Assembly (NCBI GenBank): GCA_024137785.1
Contig: JAHRHZ010000058.1
Span: 17,500,599-17,564,598 of the forward strand
Length of the DNA: 64,000 nucleotides
Direction of reading: 5' to 3'
From: Ginglymostoma cirratum
Lineage: Eukaryota
Position numbers and translations under genes: made by a program. The notes beneath the pieces were generated by a model, which was not told where the DNA came from, made no database searches, and saw only the letters and a program-made list of their open reading frames with translations. Positions within the stretch are counted from its first letter, which is position 1; each line of letters begins with the position of its first letter. Of this stretch, positions 35,709 to 49,392 are shown piece after piece.

Positions 35709-36981
35709 GTAGGCCTAAGAAACTCTGCAGCTATTTGCTGAGTACTTCCTTGGCCAGTGGAGTAAGTGGCATATAGTTGATTGTTGTGTTTGATGTGTTC
35801 ACATTTTACTGCATGCCTTTATTTTAATATTTGTTTTATGGGAAAATAGATGCTTAGTTAAAGGGTCCCACTTCTACTGGTCTCTTTGTCTTATATATGA
35901 GTTGCCACTGATAGCACCATTGCCCATAGAAATGTGTCCCAGCAACTTCAGAAGAGGGGGTTTAAGGGGGATAAAATTGAAGATTGTTGGGAATACAGAT
36001 CAACAAATTTGGCTGATATTGTGAACCACTGGTCAATTTGAGCACCACAAATGGATGTAGTTAAGATAGCTGAATATTATGGAGCTTAGATATAAGTTTG
36101 TAAGATATTTAGTTAATTGGAATATATGATGTGAGAGAAATTACGGGGAATGAGTGCAACTGAAACAAGAAGTTTTATACCTTGTCAGAACTTTACAGTT
36201 TGGTGGTCCTACACCATGTGGAAAGTTGGGGATAACCCTGCCGCAGCAGGTTCGATGTAGCAGATAATTAACAGCCAGCAGTTTGGAGTCAGATCATTTT
36301 AAAACAATTGTATCCTACCACCAAGGCCTGCTGGCCTCTCAGATGGCTTGCAGCTGTTCAGTCACCAGGAGCACTTTTGTGGCCACATCCAGGCTTCAAC
36401 TACTTTATGCACTAATGTAGTCACAATGGACGAAGGGCAGAGATGGGATTAAGTTGGCTGGGCTCAACAAAGCTATTGGGGCAAGCCCCATTTAGAAGAA
36501 CCATTGTTTGAGGCCAAGAGAGTTCTTTCCAAGGGGGTGGCCCTGGCCACATGGTACCAGAGAGGAAGGTCCCTCTACTGAGCCGCAGAAGGGATGTCAG
36601 AATATACCTGACCATCTCACCACATGACTGTGCCCACCTACCAGTTGTAAAACACAAACAGCACTGGACAGAACCCTGAAGTGAGCTAAATTAGAGACTT
36701 AACTGCCTCAACTATCCCGGGGACTGGAGGATCAACTACCACTTTACCTCTGCTGGTAGAATTCCAGTGATGATGGGAGGTGATATGCATGTCAATCTAC
36801 TGCAACCTCACCAGACTTTTGCCCACCACTTTGCAAAATAATCCAATAGAGCCACATAAAATCCCTGTTCTTGATTGGAAATTTTGTTCAATACATTTGA
36901 AATATCGAATCAGTCATGATTTTAGACTGTAAAGTAACAAGAGTTTATTCTAAAAAAATTTTTTATTTTTCTGAACACTAG

Positions 36982-37158
36982 CTTTGACATGGTACAAAGA
37001 TAACCAGCCAGTCAGCACAAGCATGGCAGCTTCCATACTGAATCGAGGTCAGCTTCTGCAGATTGCCAGTGCTCAAGTAGCAGACAGGGGCATGTACAAA
37101 TGTGCAGCTGTCAATTTAGCAGGCTCTGCTGAGATATTCTATGATTTGAAGATTTATG
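36982..37158 (+). CDS. HMCN1: HMCN1 exon 12, C-part of Ig 7: ALTWYKDNQPVSTSMAASILNRGQLLQIASAQVADRGMYKCAAVNLAGSAEIFYDLKIY
   Basis: TAG acceptor, GTGAGT donor; phase 1->1. Confidence 0.93.
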
Positions 37159-38120
37159 GTGAGTAATTTTGTAAGTTAGACATTATGAATTCATGAAGTT
37201 AAGCTGCAAATTCAGTTGATATGTGAGTATTAATTGTAGTATATCCTTCTGTGTTAAGATGTATAATATGCATTATACCTATTAAAATAATGAAAACTTT
37301 ATAACTTGCTTATCTATCATAAGTAATAAAGTAAGTGGAACAGTTCTTCGTGGAAGCAACGGGCAATTTGAATTTAAATTGTAAATGCTTAAATCCCAAT
37401 TTTACATTAGAAGGTTGAAAAACTGCTCACTGAATACATTCTTTGCACAAAGTCAGAGTTTTAGCATGCTGTAATTTAATCATTTTACATTGAATTTAAA
37501 TGGGTAGATTAGAAATTGAATAATAATTAAGGACAGGACTATTCAATGGTCATGCCATGATTATCATGGTAATATTATCAATAACTGGAGCTGAGTGGTA
37601 TCCCTCTGTGAAATCAGTTTGAGTGCATCAAAAGTGTAATTTTTCTGTCTTGATGATTTCTCAGGTACATCTTTTAAGTACCTTATTTCAAAATATTTCA
37701 ATGCATTTTATATACAGTGATGGCAATTTTGACACTGTGACACAGAATGCCAATTTACCATTACACAGTTATAACTACTCCCAATTCATTTTGAAAATAT
37801 TATGAATGCAAACAGCAGCCATTCAGAACCACAAAGCCCAGAAATAAGATGTGCTTTTGGGAATATTATTGAAAGACCAATGCTTAACAACACAGATAAA
37901 CCAAATAATTCAAAGTGCTTTAAAATTGGTTGCAGTGCATTTTGTTGACAGATTTAGCCAGTTCCATTACAGCTTAAAATGGATACTGAACGGCTGCATA
38001 ATAAAAATAGACAATGTGCAGCAAAGTTAACTGGTATGATGTCATAATCAACACAAAGCAAATTACATTCCAAAATTTTGAATGCATTTTTGTTAACGCA
38101 TTGATCATTTTACTTTGTAG

Positions 38121-38272
38121 TTCCTCCAACCATCATCGGCAGCAGTGACATGATGACAGTAGTGGTCAATAACCCTGTTAGACTGGAATGTGAGGCCAGG
38201 GGAATCCCAGTACCAAGCTTAACATGGCTGAAAGATGGCAGCCCTGTCTCCAGTTTTTCTGATGGTATTCAG
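38121..38272 (+). CDS. HMCN1: HMCN1 exon 13, N-half of Ig 8: VPPTIIGSSDMMTVVVNNPVRLECEARGIPVPSLTWLKDGSPVSSFSDGIQ
   Basis: TAG acceptor, GTACTA donor; phase 1->0. Confidence 0.93.
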
Positions 38273-38369
38273 GTACTATTAATTCATTGTATTAAACTCG
38301 ACAGTACTTTGCAGCTTTTCATGATTGTATCAAGCTTAACAGACTTTCTTCCTGTAAGGAAGGATACAT

Positions 38370-39895
38370 ATTGCCTTTATATAGCATTTTTCTTGTTCTT
38401 AAGCTGCATCAAACTGCTTCTCAGCCAATAAATTATTTTTAGAATGTGGTTACACTTGCAGGCAATTTCAATAACCAATTTGCAAAATGCAAGACCACTT
38501 AAAGAGCAAACATGATCAATGGTCACCCAATCTACATTTTTTGAAATTGGCAAGGGATGTTAGAACTCTGAAAAATTTTCTTTGAAAATGTCTCAAAATA
38601 TTTTTTATAAACGAGCAAGCACAGCATCAAAGTTGGCACCGTCAACAGTGAAGCTTTCCCTTGGTGTCGCGTCATTGGACTGAATTTTCCAAAGGGCACT
38701 GGGGCCACAACATTAGGATTAAAAGTGGGTTCAGAGGCTTGTCAAGATATCAGGTGCATTAGTCAGGGAAATTTAACATGAGGTGGCCTCCCAATTGACT
38801 GCCTCAGTATTTGTCATTCAAATAAGGATGGTAGTTGGTCAGGGTATCATGAGGCCCAATAGACAGCCTCTCACAATGTGAGGTTGACAGCACCACCTGG
38901 AAAGGTGAGTGCTCATGAAGAAGACAGAGATAGGAGACATCTCAAAGTGAGGGCACTCATGAATGCCTCCTCTTTCATAGGAACAGCCATTGTTCCTATT
39001 CAGCCCATTGAGCCTGCCCCACCAATCAATTAGACTGTGGCTGAGACTGAGCATCCATAGTCTTCTGTAGAGAATTCCAAAGGTTCACAACGCTCTGATT
39101 AAAAGAATTTCTTCTTATCTCAAGTCTAATCCTGGTCTCCCTGCTATAGGAAAAATGTTGTGAATCTTGAAAGGGTTCTTTTTCACACAGAAGATGGTGT
39201 CTATATGGAATGAGCTGCCAGAGGAAGTGGTGGAGGCTAGTACAATTACAGCATTTAAAAGGCATCTGGATTGGTATATGAATAGGAACGGTTTAGAGTG
39301 ATACGGGCTAAATGCTGGCAAAGAGTACTAGATTTAGCTGGGATATCTGGTCGGCATGGATGAGTTGGCCCAAAGGGTCTGTTTCCATGCTGTATAGCTC
39401 TATGACTCTAAGTGGCATCCTCCTTATTTTTAAATTGTGCCCCCTAATTTTATACTCCCAGCTCGGGAAACATCTTACCTGCATCTACTGTACCAATCCT
39501 ATTTTGTAAGCTTCAATGAGACCACTTCTCATTCTTCAAAACTCTAGAGGACATTAAACCCAATTTGTCCTTTCTGTCTTTGTATGACAGACCAGCCATC
39601 CTAGGAACACATCTGGAGGAGTGATCCTTCAAGTAAAGGGCCTGTGACCACTCACAGACCTATGGGAGCATTATAGCTCCCTGATCCTGTAAAGTGGTGG
39701 CCCAGCCCTGGGAATGTTGACTTTAGATCGGACAGCATTGGAGAGTTGTCAGTCAGTCACCTAGCCCACCATCTCCACAGAGCTGGGAAAATTCAAACCA
39801 CAGTAAAATATAGATTGATGTATTCAAGGCCTGGGGTGGAATTCCAATTTATATCCTTCTGACTACAAACAAAAGGGTGACTAGCGAGCCAAAGA
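38370..39895 (-). mobile_element. DeuSINE-like SINE (38370-38676 + 39800-39895) split by a TIR element
   Basis: Reverse-oriented tail (ttgcctttatatagc), Deu-like body, and tRNA-like head (ccttctgact...gagcca) resuming after the insertion. Confidence 0.55.
38677..39799. mobile_element. Non-autonomous TIR DNA element containing nested CR1 fragments (minus ~38977-39600; plus 39174-39410)
   Basis: ggactgaattttcc ... ggaaaattcaaacc inverted termini (2 mismatches); CR1 tails inside. Confidence 0.55.
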
Positions 39896-42513
39896 GAATT
39901 TAAATACAGATGTACTATTATTTATTTGAAATAATTATTTTCTCCGCATACCAGCTTATACCCCGAGCCATTTTGTTCCTGAATCTCATTACCTTATAGA
40001 ATAGACAATCCATTGCAGAGTTCAGTTGTGAGAAGACAAGAAATTATCTGACTTCTCTGCTGGACCAGGCAGCAGGTCGCATAAGCTGTTCAGGGAGGAG
40101 GGGAGGTTAGGGGGTGGTGGCAGCATCAAAAGCCAACAGTAGGCTGGAGTATTTTGGGAACAGGAGTGCATCTGTTCCTCTTGTGAACACCAGCAAAAAA
40201 AAAATTTCTTATTCTCACTTTTTCTTACATGGCCACTAAAGGTATTTCTAAACAATGATGGTTAGTTAGGTCACTCAAAATCTGGTATAAATGGTCAACC
40301 CGTATATAGTTCATCCTCCATCTATTTAGATCTGAAGATTGTAACTGATTTTCCACCACTATCATGGGACCCATTTTGCATTATTAACCAGCCTCCCACT
40401 CTATTTTAAGTGGATAAGCTGTCCTGTCATTTGCAGGCACCCTGCTGTTGGTATTATATAGGTCTTAGCTCCAGTAAACACAATGAGGTACCCCAATGAT
40501 TTTAAATCACTGGCCACCCATTTTGCCTTTTAACTGGCCATTTGGCCTTTTAACTGCCCATTTGGATGGCAGACAAAAGTTGCTTTCATTCTAACTATTT
40601 CAAAAGGCCACTTCGACATCTTTCTTGTAGCATTACTAACGCAGCGTGGAGTTTAGTATTTTGTTGAATGTAATTATTTTTGCAGATCCTGTAACATTTT
40701 GGAAAATTTAGTTAATTTCTGATTAGACAGATACAAGAGGTCCTAGGGCCTCAGTTAATTATTGGATAGTGGGCGGTCTGGGAGAGCTGCACAGCAGGCT
40801 GAATATCTGACACCCCAGCTGGTGAAGGGTATGACAGGAAGGGTCTGATGGGAGGAAACCTGTCTGTTGGTGGCAGAAAAACCATTGTTAATCATCCATT
40901 TGGATCTAATTATCCCTGACCCCACTGGGATTTAACAGGGTTCTCACCAAGTCTCCTGTGCCTCCTGAAAACCACCAAAAAAAACCTGTCGGGTTTGCAA
41001 GTCCCCGACAAGGATGCCTCATTCACAGATTGTTCATGCCCAATTGAGGAACGCGTCATCAGATAAAGAGGATTTCCTGCTAAGAACCACTTTGCATTTA
41101 GCCCCTCTAGCCTGCCTCACCTCATCAGCAACTCAGTCCTCTCAACCTCCATTCCATCTTGTTTGCCTTGCTGTAGGGATTCCTGATGAAGGCCCCAGTG
41201 TGTGACCAGCTGTGCCCATTACACCAAATGGCTGTGTCTTTAAGGGAGAGCTGTCAGCTTCTGATTGGCAACTCCAGTGGGTGATAACCTCCTTATTGGT
41301 AACATTGTCCAACACGAAGTCCAGCACTGTGCTAATGAGAGATTTTTATTTACCGTGTTGTAGTCCCAGGCCTCCCAGAGAAAAGATGACATGGGATTTC
41401 GAGAAGAGCAAGAAGGAAATGATGAAACAAAAACAATCATAACACAGTGATTTAATTGGTGGACAACATAACAAATTAAAATAAATTCTCATGTTAAAAC
41501 AGAATATTGATATAAAAGTATCATTTACAATCTCTCAGCTTTAGGTAATAGTATTTTTGTGACTTACAGCCTTAAACATGAAAAGTTAAGTTATCATGGT
41601 TAACAGTGTATCTCTAGGCTTCCTGTCATCTCTGTTGACAGCATTTTCTAACAGCAGTCATCCTTTTTTTTTCAGATGACTGACAGACTGTTCTTTTGGC
41701 CCTTTTGCAGCTTTTGAAGGATAGGTGGGCAATGCATTCTACACACCATGAACATAGTCTACATCATGCCTATGAACATTTTTAACTATGTCATTTTTGA
41801 TCTATCAGGGTCCGTAGCTGACAAACCTCTCACATTACTAGTGAGCTGTACACAGTCCAAGACTGCGGAGGTGCTTATGTAATGTTACTTTCTCTAATAG
41901 CTTTCCTTTCACTTAAAAAGGGAAGTGCACTCTTTTGAATTGCCTACCCTGTGTGTCTTTCCTACTTTAGCTTTGATATCTATAGAAAGATGGGACGCAT
42001 CATTTTGTAAAGGATCCCTTCTAATGTGACAGAGTGCAGATCTGCTTCTGTGATGTTAGGAGATTGGGGAGGGTGATTCAACATTGGAAAAGAAGACAGC
42101 CTGCTACCCCCACTTCTCCATCCTATTTCTAGCCCTCCTCCCCAAAGAACTACCAGCTTACAAAACACCTCACCAACTGGATTCAGATGAGCCTGAAACT
42201 GAAATATCTTTGGATTCCACAAAATCTATTAGAGCAAGTATCTTGGACACACTACTACCAGCCACAACTTCAAAATGTTCCCAAAGAGGCCAATCACAGC
42301 CCACTGCTTATTGTCATTATTCGAACTGCGCCGACACAAAATGTTTACCTCTTCTTTGTTTTAGAATTAAAGCTTAGAAACAAGGAGCAAAGGTACTAAC
42401 AGGTTTACATTTACCATTTTATTATGTGTAAAGTCTTTTCAATTTCAAAATGACTTGTGAAGTGAATCCTCTCATACATATTCTCTAAAGTACTGTGGAT
42501 ATCTTCCATGCAG

Positions 42514-42637
42514 GTTCAGTCCAGAGGTCGAGTCCTTGCCATCACCAATGCTCAGATCAGTGATACTGGCAAATACACATGTGTAGCATTAAATGCTGCA
42601 GGAGAACAGCAACAGGACATTGATCTCAGAGTTCATG
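42514..42637 (+). CDS. HMCN1: HMCN1 exon 14, C-half of Ig 8: VQSRGRVLAITNAQISDTGKYTCVALNAAGEQQQDIDLRVH
   Basis: CAG acceptor, GTAATA donor; phase 0->1. Confidence 0.92.
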
Positions 42638-42859
42638 GTAATATTATTACTAACCTTTCCCTTGTTTTTCTAATACTTTTCACGTGTTTTCTGGGAGGAA
42701 ATGTTTAAGCTGATTCGATAACCTGTACACAAGAAAGTAGTAATCCAACTGAACATGTTTCAGGCTTTCCAACAATAGCACCATCACATGATCACAACTG
42801 ATAGGTATCTATTTCCTATTTATTTGAGTAGTCCACATCAGCCGTGCACCATGCGCATT

Positions 42860-43170
42860 TTCAGATCACTAAAGAAGCATTTCTTGATCCTTCCCATTGT
42901 ATTAAAACAAAATATGACACTGGGGATTGCATAAGGACCTCTACGGTCAAACAATCAAAAGCTTCATCAAAGAAGGTTGTTTTAAAGTGTCTTAAAGGAT
43001 GAAAGCAAGGTAAAGAGGCAGAAAGGTAAATAGTTGAAGGTAAAGCAGCAAATGGTGGAGCAATTATCTCACAGTTGAGGCAAGGATGGATTTGTAAATG
43101 AGGACGAGATTTTAAAATCAAAGCATTTGCTTGATGGCAAACCAATGTAGGTTAGCAGGCACAGGAGTCT
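42860..43170 (-). mobile_element. Old L2-like LINE 3' fragment
   Basis: aaaacaaaatatgacac...aagcttcatcaaagaaggttgttttaaagtgtcttaaagga, related to 48160-48280. Confidence 0.5.
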
Positions 43171-43235
43171 ATACCACAGAAAAGTGCAAAACATTATGCA
43201 AACCTAAACGGGACCAAAATTCAAATATCCATATA

Positions 43236-43435
43236 CAAGGGTTTTCTAACTTATGAATATCCTACTTACAAAAGCAACTCCATATAGGTCTAAGTTTAAA
43301 TATCCAACATATGAACATTTCCTGTACTTAGAAACAGCTGCTTTATATTGTCCTGCATTGTGTTCCGACTTGCACGCAAATTGACTTGTGAACAGATTTG
43401 GGAATGGAGCCGATTTGCAACCCAGGAACTGCCTG
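43236..43435. mobile_element. Tigger/pogo-like MITE
   Basis: TA on both flanks; right end reads caggcagttcctgggttgcaaa on the minus strand, left end is a decayed match. Confidence 0.4.
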
Positions 43436-43779
43436 TAAATGCAAAGCTTATCCAAATCTCTCCTTCAGACCTGATGGCTCTTGTTTCTATCTTGGAATTT
43501 ACTCTCCAGTGTCTTTTTTTTTTCATAAATTGCTGCTCAACCTGAGAGCTTTGGAATAAACATGAGAAAAAGCACTCTGAAGCAATTAGCCTGTCTAAAT
43601 CTTCAAGCATAGAAAGCAAATTATGGCAAAATTATTGTGTGTTCCTATAGCTTATACCACATTAGAGGTGGAATCACCCTGAATATTGTGAGAACATCAT
43701 CACAAAACAAAAAAAAGCTAGAAACATTCAACGTGAAATAACTGAACACGTGCAGTAATTTGTAGGAGCCTACCTTGGA

Positions 43780-43905
43780 AGGCCCTACACCGGAAGAACA
43801 CCAGTAGTTTGAAAGGACAGCCTACCACCACCACCAAGGCAATTAGGATCAACAATAAATGCTGGTCTAGCCAGTGACTCACAAATCTCATAAACAAATT
43901 TTAAA
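43780..43905 (+). mobile_element. Short 3' tail of the LINE family seen at 1147-3555
   Basis: ggcaattaggatcaacaataaatgctggtctagccagtgactcac is the reverse complement of the tail near 1160-1215. Confidence 0.6.
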
Positions 43906-45032
43906 AACTTAAATGCGACAGATTGTTGACATGTTTTGACACAGGACTGTCAATAATGATTGCTACTGGTGCGAGTCCTTTCAAAGGAGGAATATTACTT
44001 TTATGTGTCTTTCCCCATGGAGATGAAACACTAATATCATGTGTGTAAGGAGTGTTATCAAAGACGTCAGAAATATCTTCAGATTGAATATGAAACATTG
44101 GCCATTGGGTTTGCACTGAACGAGTTTTACATGCATTTATATGACTACAATTACCTACACACGACAGATAGTAAAATGTTAACAGCTTTATTGGGCCCAC
44201 ACAAAGACTTATGAATATTTGTAGCTAAGAGAATGCAAATATAGGCAATGTACCTGGCAGGGTTTATTTAAGACCTTATGACTGATGTTCAAAGGTAAAC
44301 AGTAATCTGTGTTGTTGGTCAAGGTTGCCTGAGGACTAATGCAGATCCAATAGTACACAAATCACATTGGTAGTACTCCATATTGATGGCTTGCTATGTA
44401 GTAGGGAAGAAATTTGCACTCACGCACGCAAGGACATGTCCTTTCTAAATCATGATGTAGTCTTGGATGGCTAGCTGAGCAAGTTCTTCGAATAAAGTCT
44501 AGCAGGAGGTTTTCTTTTCCTCTTAGGTTTTCTCAGCCTCTGAGGAGACATGGGGATGGGTGAGTCTTGTTTCATCTCAGATCTAGCCTTTCCATCCAGA
44601 TTTCTTAACAACTCTACTTCATTTTGTCTTTAAGTTGGTTCAGTAGTTGCAGCCTCTAACCTCTCATGATGTGTGGAAATCTGTGTAGGAACGATCTTAC
44701 ACTATCAAATTTTTCACTGTAGATGGTATGTTGTTAGAAATTACATAGGCAAAATGGAGGGAGACCCAGTACTACTGAAAATGGGGAAGGTTAACTCACT
44801 TATAAGGTTCAAGTGCAAACAGGAATCTGGAAATACCATGTAGAACAGCTTTTACCGAGGATATGTGCAATGTTGAAATGTCAGAGAAGTTACAGCTCTT
44901 ACTAACAAGGAAACCTAAGCTTTCACTATCTTAGGCTAATGACATGCCCATCAATATTTTGGGTACTCACCCCATCATCCTGTTTACATTCCAGCTGCAA
45001 ATTCACATCTGTTACTGCTTATACAGAAACAT

Positions 45033-45340
45033 TGGGCGGCATGGTGGCTCAGTGGTTAGTACTGCTGCCTCACAGTGCCAGGGACCTGGGTTCGATTCCA
45101 GCCTCGGGTGTCTGTCTGTGTGGAGTTTGCACATTCTCCCTGTGTCTGCGTGGGTGTGCTCCGGTTTCCTCCCACAGTCCAAAGATGTGCAGGTTAGGTG
45201 GATTGGCTGTGCTAAATTGCCTGTAGTGTTCAGGGAGGTAAGGGTTGTTGCGGGGGTGGGTCTGGGTGGGATGCTCTGAGGTTCAGTGTGGACTTGTTGG
45301 GCCGAAGGGCCTGTTTCCGCACTGTAGGGATTCTATGATT
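45033..45340 (+). mobile_element. HE1-type V-SINE, full length
   Basis: A box tggctcagtgg, B box ggttcgattcc, V-domain, gattctatga tail. Confidence 0.88.
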
Positions 45341-46354
45341 TTATGTAAATGGTGGTTCTGACAACATTACGGATTCATTAAGCATGTCTACGTCTGGATA
45401 TAGAATTGAAGTTTGTTCTGCACTTGCCTGCTGTAAATGTCAAGAGGAAATTGGGCTTTAGTAGCAAACAAAAAGCAATCCATCTGGTGAACTGGTAGCC
45501 TAATACTTCAAATGACATCCACTGAATGAAGGCAGCTGTAAGGATGAAGTGAGCAGGCATTTGCATTTGGGACCCTCCTGATCCAAGTTGAATAACGGCT
45601 AGAGTGTGAACAAGTTTTTTTTTGTCACCTGTTCCCAACATGAGCCAAAACTCCGTTGAACTTGTTTGAACCTGCTCCAGATTCCATGGAAGCAGCTGGA
45701 GGTAAAGACATATAAACTGAGAATATATTTCACACAGAAAGCCTTTTAAAAATACAGTTTCATACTGTACTTAAAAAGAACAGAATGTACATAATTCATT
45801 TTTCATACAACAACATTATGCAAATCTTAACATTAACTCAAATAGAGCCATGTTATCTCAATCTCCTTGTACCCTACAAATCTCTAACACTATAATAGAC
45901 TTAGTAGAACTATTAGAGTTGTTTAGAACACTTTAGCTGAATAAACCAAAAGTTTGCCATTGAGGAAATAGTTATCTTGGCTATATTGCATGAACCTGAT
46001 TGAGATAAAGCTAACCAGTTTGCCAAATTAATGAATGGGAGGGAGGGAGGGCAGTTGAATGTCCATAATTGAATTCATGATCTCAGCTGATTGAAATCAG
46101 TTCATTCCATAAAAATGTAGCACCTGAGATGTCATGGTGACTTGGTGACTAAATCTTGATGCAACAGATATTCAGATCTCCAGCATCTGCAGTTCTTTGT
46201 TTTATGTTATGTACATGATCCCTCATTGCTCCTGATATCAGATTCACATGTTAAATCATCCACTTTATGTAATGTGGTTATGGTCTAATATGTGCTGCTG
46301 ACTGGTAGTATGTTAATTGAATAATTAAAACATAATTTTTGTTTGAAATGGTAT

Positions 46355-46690
46355 GTAGGAAAATAGGAGCAGGAGTAATCTATTTGACTCCCTGAGCCTT
46401 TTATGTCATTCAACCAGATCATGGCTGACCTTTTACCTCAATGCTATTTTCCTGCACTGTTTCTGTATCCTTACTGACTTGTTATTCTAGCTATGTACCA
46501 ATCTCAGTCCTGAACATACCTCGCGAATGCCTGATTGTCCATGGCCCTATTTGGGTAGAGAATTCTTTGTGAAGAAATTCCTCTTCATCTAGATCTAAAT
46601 GGCCTGCTCCTTATTTGAGACTGTCACTTGGGTCTAGACCCCAGACAGCGGAAACACCCTTCCTGCATCTACCTTGTTGAGCCCCTGTAA
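46355..46690 (-). mobile_element. CR1-type 3' fragment
   Basis: aggaaaataggagcaggagta...gatcatggctga...gaagaaattcctcttcatct. Confidence 0.65.
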
Positions 46691-48490
46691 TTAATATTTA
46701 CGATTTGATGAAATTGAAGCTGAACAGATACATGTATGACAGCCAATTTCATTTTAAAATGTTTTCTCCCTGCACAATTCTCTTTGCTCTCATTTGCCAT
46801 ATGATTTTACTCTAAAAGGAAAATAATTTAGACAAAGAATTTGATCTTTTTATAATTCAGCATGCTTTTTTTTGAAAAATGTTTCACTGCTTCGACTCAT
46901 ACTTAAGGCAGACGTAAATGTTGGTGATGCTTTTTCTATTCTGATTCAGCATTTCAGGCCCTCAAAAGGTGAAGGTGTTTGGGATTACTAATAAAACATG
47001 ACTTGCCATTGTCATTGTAAATATATTTTGAAATCTCAAAAAATTCTGATAGCTTCACACAGCTATAGTTTAGATGTCTAGCAAGCACATTCAGTGCAAC
47101 CAGAGTTTGCTTGTTCAGTTCTGAATAATACTTAGAAGAGCATATTGATTAGTGTGGCCAACGTGAGATGCATTGCCGGCTGTTAGAACTCTGAGTCAAT
47201 AGCTCTCTTTATTTTTGCTAACAAATCCAGAATGCAGTTATCCTTTGAGCCTTCTGATACTTTGTTTTACTTCACATAAGTTGCTTGCAGTGTATAAAGA
47301 AGCATTAATTTACTTCAGGAAGTATCTTCTTACCAAAAACTGGAACATGTTTTACAGATTTATTTGTAGGTTCCTTTAACATATCTCGGTTGAATCCATT
47401 ACTTGAGTGCTTTAAGAATGTTTTGAACCTTCATCATGAAAAGATAGTTATTTCTAATAAATGTTTAATGGACTTAATGTTGTCATCTAATCAGTACTAG
47501 GCTGTGGCAATTGTAATACTTGTTAGTATAACTGCAGGATTAGCCGCTATTGCAAGCCATTTTAAATTTAATTTTTCACCGCCCAAACTACTTAATAAAC
47601 ATGTAACACTAAAAGGCTGTGCTTCTGGTGAGAAGGAAATGCTTACATTGGCAGATCATACTCAAACGGTACTTCTAGATCTTTGAGCGCAGACCTTTAC
47701 CAGCACCGGTTGTGGAGGGATCAGCAATTGCAATTACAATCTTTGGCAGGCTGAATGGCTTCCTGCTGTGCCAGAAATGTTCTGTCTTTCTGTCATGGTG
47801 ATTATTAACCTCAAAGATATGAAAACATAGGGGTAAAATATGAGGAAAAACAAAATAAAGATTAACAGGAAGGATGTTGGCTTGGAAAACATATTTGTAA
47901 AGTATCAGTGCGTAATTTTGAATTGGTCTTTAATATGAAACTGAAGCAACACTGGCTTCTTTTTATCTTGGAGAGCGTGGGTGATTTATCTGTGTGAACA
48001 GCCCTTCAAAATTGTTTATCTTGACAAGCAGACACATAACTTAAAGAGGCTGACTTATGTATGGCCGCCTTTCAGATTATTGTCTGGCCATTTAGGTCTT
48101 AGGGAACATTGATTTGAATCACAACATGAGCTGAATCAGCTTGTCTCATATCTGTTCTCAGAAACAATGGCGTACGTTTATATAGCAAGTTTAGTTTACT
48201 AAACCATTTCAAAGTAATTTACATGAGTGTTATCAAATAAGATTTGACAAAGAAAATCTTATATTTATTAGGTCTGGTGATCATTTTATTTGTTGCAACC
48301 TACAGCTCAAAAGCAAGCAACCTTATCCTTAACCAGTGAATTACCACCTTTTCAAATTATGTGGGATAGACTCTATATTAGGTTGTTTTAGTGTTTTATC
48401 TAATGATTCAAACTAAATAATTTTAATTTCAGAGGAACTGAGTGAATGAGGTTTTCTGAATTTGTGTGCAGACTTTCTAACTAAAATTCA

Positions 48491-48534
48491 GCGAAGGGCC
48501 TGTTTCCACACTGTAGGGATTCTATGATTCTATG
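48491..48534 (+). mobile_element. Isolated HE1/CR1 3' tail (extreme 5' truncation)
   Basis: cgaagggcctgtttccacactgtagggattctatgattctatga. Confidence 0.75.
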
Positions 48535-49216
48535 AAAAAGCATAAAGCTCTAATTTTGCACTTTTATAAGTGAAGCATATGAGGCAGCGAAATGAATGCT
48601 GTTTTCCACATCTGTAATAACATTAATTTTCTCCAAGACTGCCATAAAAAAGTCATTTATTCTAAAAATGACTATGCATTTTATTTCTATTTTGTTCATT
48701 TCATTTTATTTAATCCTTCAGAATGATGCATTTTGAGATATTCATTCCAATGAAGGCGAGGAGAAACAGCTTTAAAATCTCTGCTGATCAATGATTGTCC
48801 TTGTGTGACTAATAGGAAACAGACATGCTGTTGGATCCAGAAACATACATCACTTTTTTCTGGTCCCACCCACCCCATTCGAGTCAATATTTCTCATCTT
48901 TGTGTAATAATGATGTTTTATAATATGTAGCGTAGTATTTGAGTGAATAAACATTTATTACTTCTTTCCTATTGCAAACATGCAAAATATTTAATGTTAG
49001 AAACATGCCAGGTGTCTATTCAGTAATGCATCAACGTACTATACATTGAAGCTTCTTTCTACAAGTGATTTTGATGCCTTTAACTCAGTTTTATTAAGCA
49101 CAAGATAAAAGTGTGGCACTTTATTCCTGTAGATCAATACTGAAGATTAATTAATATCTAGACTATATAACAAGAGTATGAATGCAACGCAAAGAGTAAT
49201 GTAACTTTTTTTTCAG

Positions 49217-49392
49217 TTCCACCAAATATCATGGGAGAAGAACAAAATGCCTCCGTCATCATCAACCAAGGTATTGTGCTGAAGTGTCAAAGTAATGCAA
49301 TCCCCCCTCCAACTCTCAGCTGGCTAAAAGATGGAAAACCTCTGTTCAAAAAGCAGGGGCTTACTGTTTCTGATGATGGAAGTGCTCTAAAG
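49217..49392 (+). CDS. HMCN1: HMCN1 exon 15, N-part of Ig 9: VPPNIMGEEQNASVIINQGIVLKCQSNAIPPPTLSWLKDGKPLFKKQGLTVSDDGSALK
   Basis: ttttcag acceptor, GTAAAT donor; phase 1->0. Confidence 0.93.
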
